A stretch of 64,000 bases of DNA from the NCBI GenBank assembly GCA_964645975.1, contig CAZYAF010000011.1, positions 11,057 to 75,056 of the forward strand, read 5' to 3'. The notes beneath the pieces are model-generated. The model was not told where the DNA came from. It saw only the letters and a list, made by a program, of their open reading frames with translations, and did not search any database. The DNA comes from an uncultured Acidobacteriota bacterium. Its GTDB lineage: Bacteria; Acidobacteriota; B3-B38; Guanabaribacteriales; CAZYAF01. Positions 9,917 through 19,506 of the stretch are shown in pieces (position 1 is the first letter of the stretch; every line of letters begins with the position of its first letter). Made by a program: the position numbers and the translations under genes.

Positions 9917-12189
9917 TGAAGATCAGGGCGAAGATCTTGGTATCGGGTATCGTCCAGGGAGTGGGATTCAGACCTTTCATCTATCAATTAGCTCATAGCC
10001 TTCATTTGCATGGTTATGTAGCCAATACTTCAAAAGGGGTGGATATAGAAGTCGAAGGAAGCCGAAGCCATATCGAGGATTTCATTAGTAAAATTCGTAG
10101 CCAGAAGCCGCCTTTAGCTCAGATTACGGACATTAATGTGTCATATCTACCTCTTAATTCCTATAAAAGTTTTACCATAAAGAAAAGCGCAAAGGAGCAA
10201 TTACGCACAGCATTAGTATCGCCTGATGTATCCATCTGTCAGGATTGTCTAAAGGAGCTTTTTAGCCCCGATGACAGACGATACAGGTATCCTTTCATCA
10301 ATTGTACGAACTGCGGTCCGCGATACACAATCATTAATAATATTCCTTACGACCGGAAATACACCTCTATGGATACGTTTAAGATGTGTCCTCAGTGTCA
10401 GGCTGAATATGAAGATCCCTTAAACCGGCGCTTCCATGCCCAACCAAATGCCTGTTGGGATTGTGGCCCACAGGTTAATCTTTTAGATGCATCAGGTAGA
10501 GCAATAATTTGTGATGACCCTATCAAAAAAACTGTCAAACTCCTTCATCAAGGCTCGATAGTTGCCATCAAAGGATTGGGCGGTTATCATTTAGCAGTTG
10601 ATGCCACCAATTCAGCTGCAGTAGAGCGACTGCGACAGAGAAAATTACGCGAAGAGAAGCCTTTGGCCATAATGTCACATGATTTAGAAACCATCTCCCG
10701 GTATGCAATCTTTGATGCTGCCGAGTCTGAGTTGTTAAGCTCTTATAGAAGACCAATCGTTCTATTGAAGAAAAGGATGCCAAACAAGATAGCTCCTGAG
10801 GTAGCTCCTCGAAATAACTATTTTGGCGTTATGCTCCCCTATACTCCACTTCATTACCTTATTTTAGAGGGAGGTTTTCTCGCTTTGGTAATGACCAGTG
10901 GAAATCTTAGCGAAGAGCCCATCGCTATTGAGAACCAGGAAGCATTGCAAAGATTGAAGGATATAGCCGACTGTTTTCTTACACATAATCGGGATATTTA
11001 TTTGAGAAGTGACGATTCACTCACCAGGATAATTAATAAAAAACCTTTCTTGTTGCGCCGTTCAAGGGGGTACACTCCTCAACCCATAATCCTCAATAAA
11101 GATATGAAGCAAATCCTTGGCTGCGGAGCTGAGGATAAAAATGCCATATGCCTTACCAAAGGAAAAAATGCTTTTATCAGCCAGCACATTGGTGATATGG
11201 AGAATCTGGAAACCTACAAATTTTTTCAGATGACCATAGAACATCTTAAAAAATTGATGGAGATTGAACCCGAAATAATAGCGCATGATTTACATCCAGA
11301 CTATCTCAGCACCCAATATGCCCTCAAACAAAAAGGATATAGATTAGAAGGCATCCAGCATCATCATGCTCATATCGCCAGTTGCATGGCGGAGAATAAA
11401 ACAGAAGATAAGGTTATAGGCCTTGCGCTGGATGGAACAGGTTATGGACTCGATGGACATATTTGGGGTGGTGAGGTTCTTATTGCAGATTATATGAATG
11501 CGGAAAGAATTGCCCATTTTCAGTACATTCCCATGCCTGGAGGCGCTGCTGCAGTAAAAGAGCCCTGGAGAATGGCTGCCAGTTATCTTTCCAAAACCTT
11601 TGGTACGGATGTTTATTCTTTAGATATTGAATTTATCAGAAGAATAGGAGAGGAAAAGTTAAATATAATGAGTCAAATTATTTCAAAGGGAATTAATAGC
11701 CCTCTTGCTTCCAGTTGTGGTCGGCTCTTTGACGGAATAGCATCATTAATAGGCATCAGAGATAAAAATACTTATTCAGGGCAAGCTGCCATGGAGCTGG
11801 AGATGGCAATTGAACATGAGCGCTCCCATCAGGCATATCATATTAAGACAACCGAAGAGCATGATACGACTATCATTTTAATTGATTCCCTTATTCCTCA
11901 GATAATAAAGGATATAAAGGAAGAGACATCTCCGGGTATTATCAGTCTCAGATTTCACAATGCGCTGGTGGATGTTTTTACCCAGCTCTGCCTGGATATA
12001 AGAGAGCGAATGGGATTAAATGAAGTTGCCTTCGGCGGTGGAGTTTTCCAGAATCGCTTTCTTTCTATAAGACTGCAAAAAAGTTTGGAGAGTAAAGACT
12101 TTACTGTTTATACTCACAGCCTGGTGCCCACTAATGACGGAGGGATATCTCTTGGCCAGGTTTTAATTGCTGATAGGAGGTGCGCATAA
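9916..12189 (+). CDS. hypF: Carbamoyltransferase HypF
   Basis: GIVQGVGFRP acylphosphatase domain, two CxxC zinc fingers, RRFHAQP, KGLGGYHL, HDLHPDY, QHHHAH, DGTGYG, PTNDGGISLGQ; ATG overlaps the hypB stop. Confidence 0.95.
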   Translation: MKIRAKILVSGIVQGVGFRPFIYQLAHSLHLHGYVANTSKGVDIEVEGSRSHIEDFISKIRSQKPPLAQITDINVSYLPLNSYKSFTIKKSAKEQLRTALVSPDVSICQDCLKELFSPDDRRYRYPFINCTNCGPRYTIINNIPYDRKYTSMDTFKMCPQCQAEYEDPLNRRFHAQPNACWDCGPQVNLLDASGRAIICDDPIKKTVKLLHQGSIVAIKGLGGYHLAVDATNSAAVERLRQRKLREEKPLAIMSHDLETISRYAIFDAAESELLSSYRRPIVLLKKRMPNKIAPEVAPRNNYFGVMLPYTPLHYLILEGGFLALVMTSGNLSEEPIAIENQEALQRLKDIADCFLTHNRDIYLRSDDSLTRIINKKPFLLRRSRGYTPQPIILNKDMKQILGCGAEDKNAICLTKGKNAFISQHIGDMENLETYKFFQMTIEHLKKLMEIEPEIIAHDLHPDYLSTQYALKQKGYRLEGIQHHHAHIASCMAENKTEDKVIGLALDGTGYGLDGHIWGGEVLIADYMNAERIAHFQYIPMPGGAAAVKEPWRMAASYLSKTFGTDVYSLDIEFIRRIGEEKLNIMSQIISKGINSPLASSCGRLFDGIASLIGIRDKNTYSGQAAMELEMAIEHERSHQAYHIKTTEEHDTTIILIDSLIPQIIKDIKEETSPGIISLRFHNALVDVFTQLCLDIRERMGLNEVAFGGGVFQNRFLSIRLQKSLESKDFTVYTHSLVPTNDGGISLGQVLIADRRCA

Positions 12190-12431
12190 TGTGTTTGGGA
12201 ATTCCGATGAAAGTTGTCGAAGTGCATGGTGATAGGGGTATAGTAGAGATTGGAGGAGTAAAACGAGAAGCCAGCTTTCAGCTATTAGAGAATGTCAAAG
12301 TGGGTGAGTATGTATTAGTACACGCTGGTTATGCAATAAATAAGATCGATGAAGAAGAAGCTCAGGAAACATTAGATTTGTTACGGGAAATTGCAATCGA
12401 AATGGAGAAAGATGATGAAGTTCATAGATGA
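12189..12431 (+). CDS. hypC: Hydrogenase chaperone HypC
   Basis: MCLGIP start, VLVHAGYAI; TAATG coupling to hypF. Confidence 0.93.
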   Translation: MCLGIPMKVVEVHGDRGIVEIGGVKREASFQLLENVKVGEYVLVHAGYAINKIDEEEAQETLDLLREIAIEMEKDDEVHR

Positions 12432-13506
12432 GTTCCATCAACCCGAATTGGCACGCAGTTTAGTATCTAAAATCAAGCACCTGATGAAAGGACAAAATAC
12501 TATCACTTTGATGGAAGTATGTGGCACTCATACTATGTCCATTTTTCGATTTGGTATCAGATCTCTTCTTCCTGATAATATAAAGCTCCTCTCCGGGCCA
12601 GGTTGCCCTGTATGTGTTACCCCCAATCATTATCTTGACCAGGCTATTGCCTATTCTCGTCTACCCGACGTGATAATCACTACTTTCGGGGATATGATGC
12701 GCGTGCCCGGCTCCTCCTCCAGTTTGGAAAAAGAGAAGTCTCAGGGACGCGATATCAGAATCGTTTATTCCACACTGGATGCTTTGAAGGTGGCGGCACA
12801 GAATCAGGATAAAAAGGTTATTTTCCTCGGTGTAGGCTTTGAAACCACGTCACCCACCATTGCCTCCTCCATGCTGCAAGCACAAAAGGATGGTTTAGAA
12901 AATTATTTCATCCTTTGCGCGCATAAGCTCATACCCCCAGCTATGGAGGCCTTGGTTACGGAGGGAGAGGTTAAAGTTGATGGTTTCATATGTCCAGCAC
13001 ATGTAAGCACAATAATAGGTATGGAACCTTATCGTCCTTTAGCAGAAAAGTTCACTATACCATGTGTAATAACTGGCTTTGAGCCTTTGGATATACTTCA
13101 GGGTATTTATATGTTGATAAGGCAAATGGAGGAAAGTAATCCTCGAGTTGAAAATCAGTACAGCCGAGCGGTGAAACCTGAGGGAAATCTCAAGGCCAAA
13201 AAGCTGCTGGATGAAGTGTTTGAATCAGTAGACTCTGAGTGGCGCGGTTTAGGCATCATTCCCCAAAGTGGCTATAGAATTAGAGAGCACTATAAAGATT
13301 ATGATGCAGAAGAAAGAATATCGGTCGAAGTGGAGCCCACAAAAGAACATAAGGGCTGCATCTGTGGTAATATTCTCAAAGGAGTTAATATTCCCCCTGA
13401 TTGCTCTCTTTTCGCCAAGGTTTGCACTCCTGAGACTCCTGTAGGTACATGCATGGTCTCCTCTGAAGGGACCTGTGCTGCCTACTACAAATATGGTAAA
13501 ATATAA
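12412..13506 (+). CDS. hypD: Hydrogenase maturation protein HypD
   Basis: MEVCGTHT, GPGCPVCVT, GFETT, GFEP, C-terminal Cys cluster, CMVSSEGTCAAYY. Confidence 0.95.
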   Translation: MMKFIDEFHQPELARSLVSKIKHLMKGQNTITLMEVCGTHTMSIFRFGIRSLLPDNIKLLSGPGCPVCVTPNHYLDQAIAYSRLPDVIITTFGDMMRVPGSSSSLEKEKSQGRDIRIVYSTLDALKVAAQNQDKKVIFLGVGFETTSPTIASSMLQAQKDGLENYFILCAHKLIPPAMEALVTEGEVKVDGFICPAHVSTIIGMEPYRPLAEKFTIPCVITGFEPLDILQGIYMLIRQMEESNPRVENQYSRAVKPEGNLKAKKLLDEVFESVDSEWRGLGIIPQSGYRIREHYKDYDAEERISVEVEPTKEHKGCICGNILKGVNIPPDCSLFAKVCTPETPVGTCMVSSEGTCAAYYKYGKI

Positions 13507-13523
13507 TCTTTAATTAAACAGAG

Positions 13524-14543
13524 ATGCTGAATATGAAGAAAGAAACTGTAATTCTCGCTCACGGTAGTGGAGGAAAAGCCTGGCAAAATTTGCTGGAAGA
13601 ATTTTTCTTACCTCGATTAGCAAATCCCATTCTCTCACAGCTTTCCGATTCTGCTGTGCTTGAAATGCCTGGTTCACGGGTAGCTTTCACTACTGATTCT
13701 TATGTAGTGGAGCCGCTTTTCTTTCCCGGTGGAAATATCGGAAGCCTGGCGATTTATGGCACGGTTAATGACCTGGCCATGAGCGGTGCGCAGCCCCTCT
13801 ATATAAGCGCTGGTTTTATACTTGAGGAGGGTTATTCCCTTGAAGAACTGGGCAAGATTGCTGATTCCATGCGCGATGCAGCAGAGTTCTGTGGGATTAC
13901 CCTGGCTACTGCAGATACCAAGGTTGTCACCCAGGGCAAAGCCGATAAGATATTTATAAACACTGCTGGTATAGGCGCTGTACCTAACGGGGTTGATATC
14001 TCGGCAGATAAGATAGCATTAGGAGATGCAGTACTCCTCAGCGGCACTTTAGGTGATCATGGTATATCTGTGCTTGCTCGCCGTGAAGGTCTGGAGCTGG
14101 GTACTGAGCTAAAAAGCGATGCCGCACCTCTTCATCGGTTGGTGGCTGATATGATGAAAGCGAGTCCTCATATTCACTGTATGCGTGATCCCACGAGAGG
14201 TGGCTTGGCTTCCAGTCTCAATGAAATTGCTTCTCAGCGCAAACTGGGCATTGAGTTGCAGGAAGATAAGATACCTATTCGTTCAGAAGTGTCAGGGGCT
14301 TGCGCGCTTCTGGGTTTTGATCCTTTCTATGTTGCTAATGAGGGTAAGCTGGTGGCTTTTTGCCCACCGGAGGAATGTGAGAAAGTGCTTGACGCCATGC
14401 ACAAGAATCCCTTAGGCAAGCAAGCCAGTATTATTGGTAGATGCATTGAGGAACACCCCGGAATAGTAACCATAAAGACCAGGGTAGGTGGCTCCAGAAT
14501 TGTTGATATGCTAACCGGAGAGCAGCTCCCACGAATCTGCTGA
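13524..14543 (+). CDS. hypE: Carbamoyl dehydratase HypE
   Basis: AHGSGG, FTTDSY, GTVNDLAM, DTKV, MRDPTRGG, ANEG, C-terminal PRIC. Confidence 0.95.
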   Translation: MLNMKKETVILAHGSGGKAWQNLLEEFFLPRLANPILSQLSDSAVLEMPGSRVAFTTDSYVVEPLFFPGGNIGSLAIYGTVNDLAMSGAQPLYISAGFILEEGYSLEELGKIADSMRDAAEFCGITLATADTKVVTQGKADKIFINTAGIGAVPNGVDISADKIALGDAVLLSGTLGDHGISVLARREGLELGTELKSDAAPLHRLVADMMKASPHIHCMRDPTRGGLASSLNEIASQRKLGIELQEDKIPIRSEVSGACALLGFDPFYVANEGKLVAFCPPEECEKVLDAMHKNPLGKQASIIGRCIEEHPGIVTIKTRVGGSRIVDMLTGEQLPRIC

Positions 14544-14562
14544 GAAGGGAAGGAGACTGTTA

Positions 14563-14976
14563 ATGACCGAAAAATATTTGGATGTGGAAATTAGAGTGCG
14601 TTACTTTGAGACCGACAGGATGGGCAGAGTCCACCACACCCACTATCTTACGTATTTTGAGGTGGGACGCTCAGCTTTTTGCCGCCGTACCGGCATGTCC
14701 TATGATTACATTGAAAGTGCAGGATATTATCTGGTAGTCTCCGAAGCCCACGTTCGTTATCGCTCCTCGGTGTCCTATGACGAATTAGTTAAAGTGCGAA
14801 CCCACCTTGTACAGGCAGACAAAAGGAAATTTATATTCGGTTATCAATTATTAGAAGCCTCAGAAGAAAAAATCCTTGCTGAAGGTGAAACTCACCACAT
14901 TGTTACTGATTCAGAAGGAAAACCTCGAACCCTGCCTGATGAGCTTTTGAATTATTATAAGCCTTTTATTCCTTGA
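14563..14976 (+). CDS. Hotdog-fold acyl-CoA thioesterase (YbgC/4HBT-like)
   Basis: VRYFETDRMGRVHHTHYLTYFEVGR motif. Confidence 0.85.
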   Translation: MTEKYLDVEIRVRYFETDRMGRVHHTHYLTYFEVGRSAFCRRTGMSYDYIESAGYYLVVSEAHVRYRSSVSYDELVKVRTHLVQADKRKFIFGYQLLEASEEKILAEGETHHIVTDSEGKPRTLPDELLNYYKPFIP

Positions 14977-15155
14977 GAAGAAACTATTCTTTTAGCCTCC
15001 TCGAAATACTATATAATTTTGTGAGAATCCAGAATTCTTTTCTAAAATTGCCTCCTGCAAAATTGATGGGCAATTATGATTTCAAAAAGTAGATATGTAG
15101 CTGTTCCAAGTATACTTAAGTTTTAGCTAATGAAGACATCTGAGAAAATATCTGC
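14810..15155. repeat. 346-bp direct repeat, copy 1 (thioesterase 3' end plus HD-GYP 3' end)
   Basis: Near-identical to 17328-17673, with only a few substitutions. Confidence 0.9.
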
Positions 15156-15845
15156 TGATTCATCTTTAGAATCATATACATTACTTAATAATGAACGGAG
15201 CGGCTGATTTTGGATTTTTTCCAGTGTTTCTTTAGGTATTTCAAAAAAAGTTCTAATAATATCAGGATCAAATTGGCTTTCAGAGCACCTTATAAGTTCT
15301 TCAAAGGCTATTTCTTTTGGCCGAGCTTTTCTATAAGGTCTATTGGACGTAATAGCATCAAAGGTGTCGCATACTTGCATGATTCGAGCACCCAGGGATA
15401 TTTCTTCCCCCTTTATGCCATCGGGATATCCATTCCCATCCCAGCTTTCATGATGATGTCTGATCATCTCTAAAATATCTTCATCTGTTATCACTGGACG
15501 CAATATCTTAACAGCAAGAAGCGGATGAGTTTTTATCTGCTCATATTGCTCAGGTGTCAATTTACCTGGCTTATTGAGGACTTCCTCCTTAACTCCAATT
15601 TTACCGATGTCATGGAGCAAGCCAGCTAAATGAAGCTGTTTCTTTTTATCATTGGGTAATGATAGATGCTCCGCCACTGACAATGAATATTGAGTAACTC
15701 GAAGCGAGTGACCTTGTGTATAGCTGTCTCTCGCTTCAAGCGCAAGTGCTAACGATTTGATGGAGTTTAAATATTGTTGGCGAACCTGAGTAATAAGTTC
15801 TTCGACTTTTTTTCTTAAATCTTGTTGTACACCCTTTTTCTTTAT
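15123..15845 (-). CDS. HD-GYP c-di-GMP phosphodiesterase (stand-alone), start apparently non-canonical ATA
   Basis: LHDIGK, HP, HHE, GNGYP, DTFDAITSNRPYR; the frame stays open upstream of 15683 through LEARDSYTQGHSLRV to a TGA at 15852-15854 with no ATG/GTG/TTG; AGGAGG lies 9 nt before ATA 15845. Confidence 0.8.
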   Translation of the reverse strand: MKKKGVQQDLRKKVEELITQVRQQYLNSIKSLALALEARDSYTQGHSLRVTQYSLSVAEHLSLPNDKKKQLHLAGLLHDIGKIGVKEEVLNKPGKLTPEQYEQIKTHPLLAVKILRPVITDEDILEMIRHHHESWDGNGYPDGIKGEEISLGARIMQVCDTFDAITSNRPYRKARPKEIAFEELIRCSESQFDPDIIRTFFEIPKETLEKIQNQPLRSLLSNVYDSKDESADIFSDVFIS

Positions 15846-15997
15846 TACAAATCACCTCCTTCAAAGAGCTCTTATTAAACATAAATAGCACATGTATAGC
15901 AAAGGATTTGGGTTTTACAATCGTGCTATTAGGCACTTATTTCTTTTATGGTAAGAAGCGTATAATTCAGGTGCTTAATAAATATACCCTCATATAG

Positions 15998-16029
15998 TAT
16001 ATAACGACATTTAGTGTCAAAATATTACA
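15998..16029 (-). promoter_or_regulatory. ECF-sigma-like promoter upstream of HD-GYP
   Basis: Minus strand TGTAAT-N17-CGTTATA, same -35/-10 class as the repeats at 24976, 25896 and 27493. Confidence 0.5.
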
Positions 16030-16205
16030 TTTCTTATTAAATTTTTTTTATTTTTTATTAAATAATTTTTAAAAGATTGTGCTGCTTATAGCAAGCTGCA
16101 GCTTATCTAATTAAGAGTTCAAGTGCTTTGGAGTATTGATACTGTTTAGACCTATAGATATAGTTTTATTACTTTAATTCCTATCTTTTTAAAATAAGAG
16201 GGGGA

Positions 16206-17183
16206 TTATTTAGCTTTTAAAAAGAAGGGCTGTGTACAGGCAAATTCTCCCGAGGAGGCAAATATTCGAGCTCTGACATATAATTCGTCCCCTTTAAAGC
16301 TATAAACCGCTCTGGTTCCATAGACTTCTTCCAGTATGGTACCATCCTTGCCGATAAAGTAAGTTGTGTATTTCCTGTCGTTATATTGTTCGATTTCAAT
16401 TATGTACTCATTTTCAGTGATGATCACATCCTTTAAGAGAACTCCGATAGTCATATAAAAATTACCATTTTCAAGAGCTTGCACAATAGCCTGAGGTGAT
16501 AATTCTTTTGCTTTCACCATTATCCAGCCTGTCCCAGGATGGGCCTTCCCTGGTCTAAATTCACTAATATAATAGTGTGAATCATCAGAAGCAACACCAT
16601 ATAGTAGAAATCCACCTGAAAGCAATCGATCCCATATTTCTTCCATCCCAAGAGCTCCCCCGGCACTGAAATTATTGCTGGCATAGGTAAAATTATACAC
16701 TTCCAATAGTCGAGCATTTTTTATCTGAGAAATCTCTGCATCGGTAAAAGACCATTCCCGATTCGGATGATTGATTTGTGCAATCCCACCGGCGTTTACA
16801 ATTGCATCCACATTATTTTGTAGCGTCTCCACTATGCTATTGCCGCGCTGGGGCTCAATGCATTCTGTTATATTTATAGCATTAACATGGACCCGAGCAT
16901 CGTTAAACCAATCCGTTACTTCTTCGCCAGGGATAAGAATAAAATCATCATTTTTATCGGTGTCTAAATATTTGATCTCGGTGATATAGTCATGGTCTGT
17001 TATTAAAAGAAAATTATACCCATGGTCCCGATACCATCTCACTACTCTGCGGGGAAGTTCATCGCCGTCGGAATTAGTGGTGTGACAGTGTGTATTTCCC
17101 TTATACCAATGATATTCTTGTGCATGGGCACTAAAGGAAATGAATAAGAACAAAGCTATTATTAAGCAGATAAATCTTCTCAT
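16206..17183 (-). CDS. Secreted PHP-domain metallohydrolase (CehA/McbA-like), copy 1
   Basis: Signal peptide; KGNTHCHT, SDG, ITDH, PGEE, HVNA, INHP, EVYN, ASDDSH. Confidence 0.8.
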   Translation of the reverse strand: MRRFICLIIALFLFISFSAHAQEYHWYKGNTHCHTTNSDGDELPRRVVRWYRDHGYNFLLITDHDYITEIKYLDTDKNDDFILIPGEEVTDWFNDARVHVNAINITECIEPQRGNSIVETLQNNVDAIVNAGGIAQINHPNREWSFTDAEISQIKNARLLEVYNFTYASNNFSAGGALGMEEIWDRLLSGGFLLYGVASDDSHYYISEFRPGKAHPGTGWIMVKAKELSPQAIVQALENGNFYMTIGVLLKDVIITENEYIIEIEQYNDRKYTTYFIGKDGTILEEVYGTRAVYSFKGDELYVRARIFASSGEFACTQPFFLKAK

Positions 17184-17258
17184 TGTAACCTCCTATAAAT
17201 ACGAGAAATTAAAAACAATCGCAAAAAGAATTATTAGCAATAAAATTATACACAATGA

Positions 17259-17296
17259 GGAAACTATTTAGAAGAGATATATTAATTTTAGTTTCC
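17259..17296. promoter_or_regulatory. Inverted repeat GGAAACTA-N22-TAGTTTCC upstream of PHP copy 1
   Basis: Arms conserved in the homologous upstream region at 18798-18835 while the spacer has diverged. Confidence 0.5.
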
Positions 17297-17327
17297 CTTA
17301 AAATTTTAATAAAAAAATTTTTCCATA

Positions 17328-17673
17328 TACAGGCAGACAAGCGGAAATTTATATTTGGTTATCAATTATTAGAAGCCTCAGAAGAAAAAATCCTTGCTGA
17401 AGGTGAAACTCACCACATTGTTACTGATTCAGAAGGAAAACCTCGAACCCTGCCTGATGAGCTTTTGAATTATTATAAGCCTTTTATTCCTTGAGAAGAA
17501 ACTATTCTTTTAGCCTCCTCGAAATACTATATAATTTTGTGAGAATCCAGAATTCTTTTCTAAAATTGCCTCCTGCAAAATTGATGGGCAATTATGATTT
17601 CAAAAAGTAGATATGTAGCTGTTCCAAATATACTTAAGTTTTAGCTAATGAAGACATCTGAGAAAATATCTGC
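17328..17673. repeat. 346-bp direct repeat, copy 2 (orphan thioesterase and HD-GYP 3' fragments)
   Basis: Matches 14810-15155; explains ORF 17255-17494, whose C-terminus equals that of the thioesterase. Confidence 0.9.
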
Positions 17674-17747
17674 ATTTCTTGCACAATTATTATTACCCTA
17701 TATATTGCCTTACTTTAATAAATTATTAAAGTCCCATAGGCAAAGAA

Positions 17748-18722
17748 TTATTTATTAATAAAAACAGGCTGTGTACAGGCGAATTCACCGGAAGTGGCGA
17801 ATATTCGAGCTCTGACATATAATTCGTCCCCTTTAAAGGTATAAACCGCTCTTGTTCCATATACTTCTTCCAGTACGGTTCCATCCTTGCCGATAAAGCT
17901 TGTGGTATATTTTTTGTCGCTATTCTGCTCTATTTCAACTATGTATTCTTTTTCTGTGATAATCACATCTTTTAAGCATACCCCAATGGTCAGGTAAAAT
18001 TCGCCCTGCTCAAGCGCCTGAACAATTGCCTCAAGTGTTAATTCTTTTGCTTTCACCATTATCCAGCCTGTCCCTGGGTTTGCCTTTAAGGGGCTGAATT
18101 CGCCAATATAATTATGAGCATCATCAGAAGCAACACCATATAGTAGAAATCCACCTGAAAGCAATCGATCCCATATTTCTTCCATCCCAAGAGCTCCCCC
18201 GGCACTGAAATTATTGCTGGCATAGGTAAAATTATACACTTCCAATAGTCGAGCATTTTTTATCTGAGAAATCTCTGCATCGGTAAAAGACCATTCCCGA
18301 TTCGGATGATTGATTTGTGCAATCCCACCGGCGTTTACAATTGCATCCACATTATTTTGTAGCGTCTCCACTATGCTATTGCCGCGCTGGGGCTCAATGC
18401 ATTCTGTTATATTTATAGCATTAACATGGACCCGAGCATCGTTAAACCAATCCGTTACTTCTTCGCCAGGGATAAGAATAAAATCATCATTTTTATCGGT
18501 GTCTAAATATTTGATCTCGGTGATATAGTCATGGTCTGTTATTAAAAGAAAATTATACCCATGGTCCCGATACCATCTCACTACTCTGCGGGGAAGTTCA
18601 TCGCCGTCGGAATTAGTGGTGTGACAGTGTGTATTTCCCTTATACCAATGATATTCTTGTGCATAGGTACTAAAGGAAATAAAAAGGAACAAAGCTATTA
18701 TTAAGTAGCTAAATCTTCTCAT
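17748..18722 (-). CDS. Secreted PHP-domain metallohydrolase (CehA/McbA-like), copy 2
   Basis: Same motifs as copy 1; core 18120-18664 appears identical to 16581-17125, ends diverged. Confidence 0.8.
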   Translation of the reverse strand: MRRFSYLIIALFLFISFSTYAQEYHWYKGNTHCHTTNSDGDELPRRVVRWYRDHGYNFLLITDHDYITEIKYLDTDKNDDFILIPGEEVTDWFNDARVHVNAINITECIEPQRGNSIVETLQNNVDAIVNAGGIAQINHPNREWSFTDAEISQIKNARLLEVYNFTYASNNFSAGGALGMEEIWDRLLSGGFLLYGVASDDAHNYIGEFSPLKANPGTGWIMVKAKELTLEAIVQALEQGEFYLTIGVCLKDVIITEKEYIVEIEQNSDKKYTTSFIGKDGTVLEEVYGTRAVYTFKGDELYVRARIFATSGEFACTQPVFINK

Positions 18723-18797
18723 TGTAACCTCCTATAAATACGAAAAATAAAAAATAATCGTAAAAAGAACTATTAGCAATAAAATTATAAACAATGA

Positions 18798-18835
18798 GGA
18801 AACTATTTAAAAGATATATATTAATTGTAGTTTCC
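18798..18835. promoter_or_regulatory. Inverted repeat GGAAACTA-N22-TAGTTTCC upstream of PHP copy 2
   Basis: Same arms and spacing as 17259-17296. Confidence 0.5.
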
Positions 18836-18922
18836 CTTGAATTTTTAGGAAAAAAATTTATACATTTAAATGTATGAATAACCTTGGAGCCCTCCACAAA
18901 GAATTTTATTGAAACGAAGTAA

Positions 18923-18950
18923 GAACCTTTTATATAATAATTTCGTTCTA
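18923..18950 (+). promoter_or_regulatory. Possible sigmaE-like ECF promoter
   Basis: GAACC-N16-CGTTCTA upstream of ORF 18990. Confidence 0.35.
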
Positions 18951-18989
18951 TTATATGGAGACATAAACATTATGAGAGATAAACTATAA

Positions 18990-19202
18990 ATGAAGAGGCG
19001 AACATTGACCAATTTCTTGCTTTGGCTTATTTTGCTGGTGCTGTGCTGGCCCCTGGCTCTCCTGGCGCTTATTGCATATCCCTTTGTCTGGCTGCTGCTC
19101 CTTCCCTTCCGACTTTTGGGGATTGCCGTTGGTGGAGTTCTTGAACTATTTAAAGCCATCATCACCCTTCCGGCAAGAGTCTTAGCCGGCCCAACGAGAT
19201 AG
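18990..19202 (+). CDS. Small hydrophobic membrane protein
   Basis: 70 aa, two or three hydrophobic helices, LLWLILLVLCWPLALLALIAYPFVWLLLLPFRL. Confidence 0.65.
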   Translation: MKRRTLTNFLLWLILLVLCWPLALLALIAYPFVWLLLLPFRLLGIAVGGVLELFKAIITLPARVLAGPTR

Positions 19203-19250
19203 TGGGTTTTTTTTAAAAAATCTCCATAAGAGAGACCGTGCTATTTCTTT

Positions 19251-19421
19251 ATGCTTTTCTATGTATTTGATTATCCATCTATTTTCCCTGCGGATTTTGA
19301 CATTCTGGTCGATCCCTTGCTGGAGAGTCAATTGCTCATAAAAGAAGATGATCAGTTTATATTGACCAAAGAAGGCAAGAAACGAGTTGACAAAATTTTC
19401 CCAGACCTAAGATATCATTAG
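19251..19421 (+). CDS. Short ORF with winged-helix-like C-terminal wing (possible gene remnant)
   Basis: Read manually, below the ORF-track cutoff: MLFYVFDYPSIFPADFDILVDPLLESQLLIKEDDQFILTKEGKKRVDKIFPDLRYH. Confidence 0.3.
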   Translation: MLFYVFDYPSIFPADFDILVDPLLESQLLIKEDDQFILTKEGKKRVDKIFPDLRYH

Positions 19422-19506
19422 AAAAAGATATTTTCTCAATAACCATATATAAGAAAAAGGCCGTTTTATTTATTATGGCCTATTTTTTTCTCAGAAAGTG
19501 ATTATT

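Noticed and set aside
15736-15936. 66-aa ORF upstream of HD-GYP
   Set aside because: Overlaps in another frame the conserved N-terminal extension of HD-GYP; no recognisable motif.
17255-17494. Second thioesterase gene
   Set aside because: Only the last ~53 codons match the thioesterase; the N-terminus is read-through of AT-rich promoter DNA and the catalytic motif is absent.
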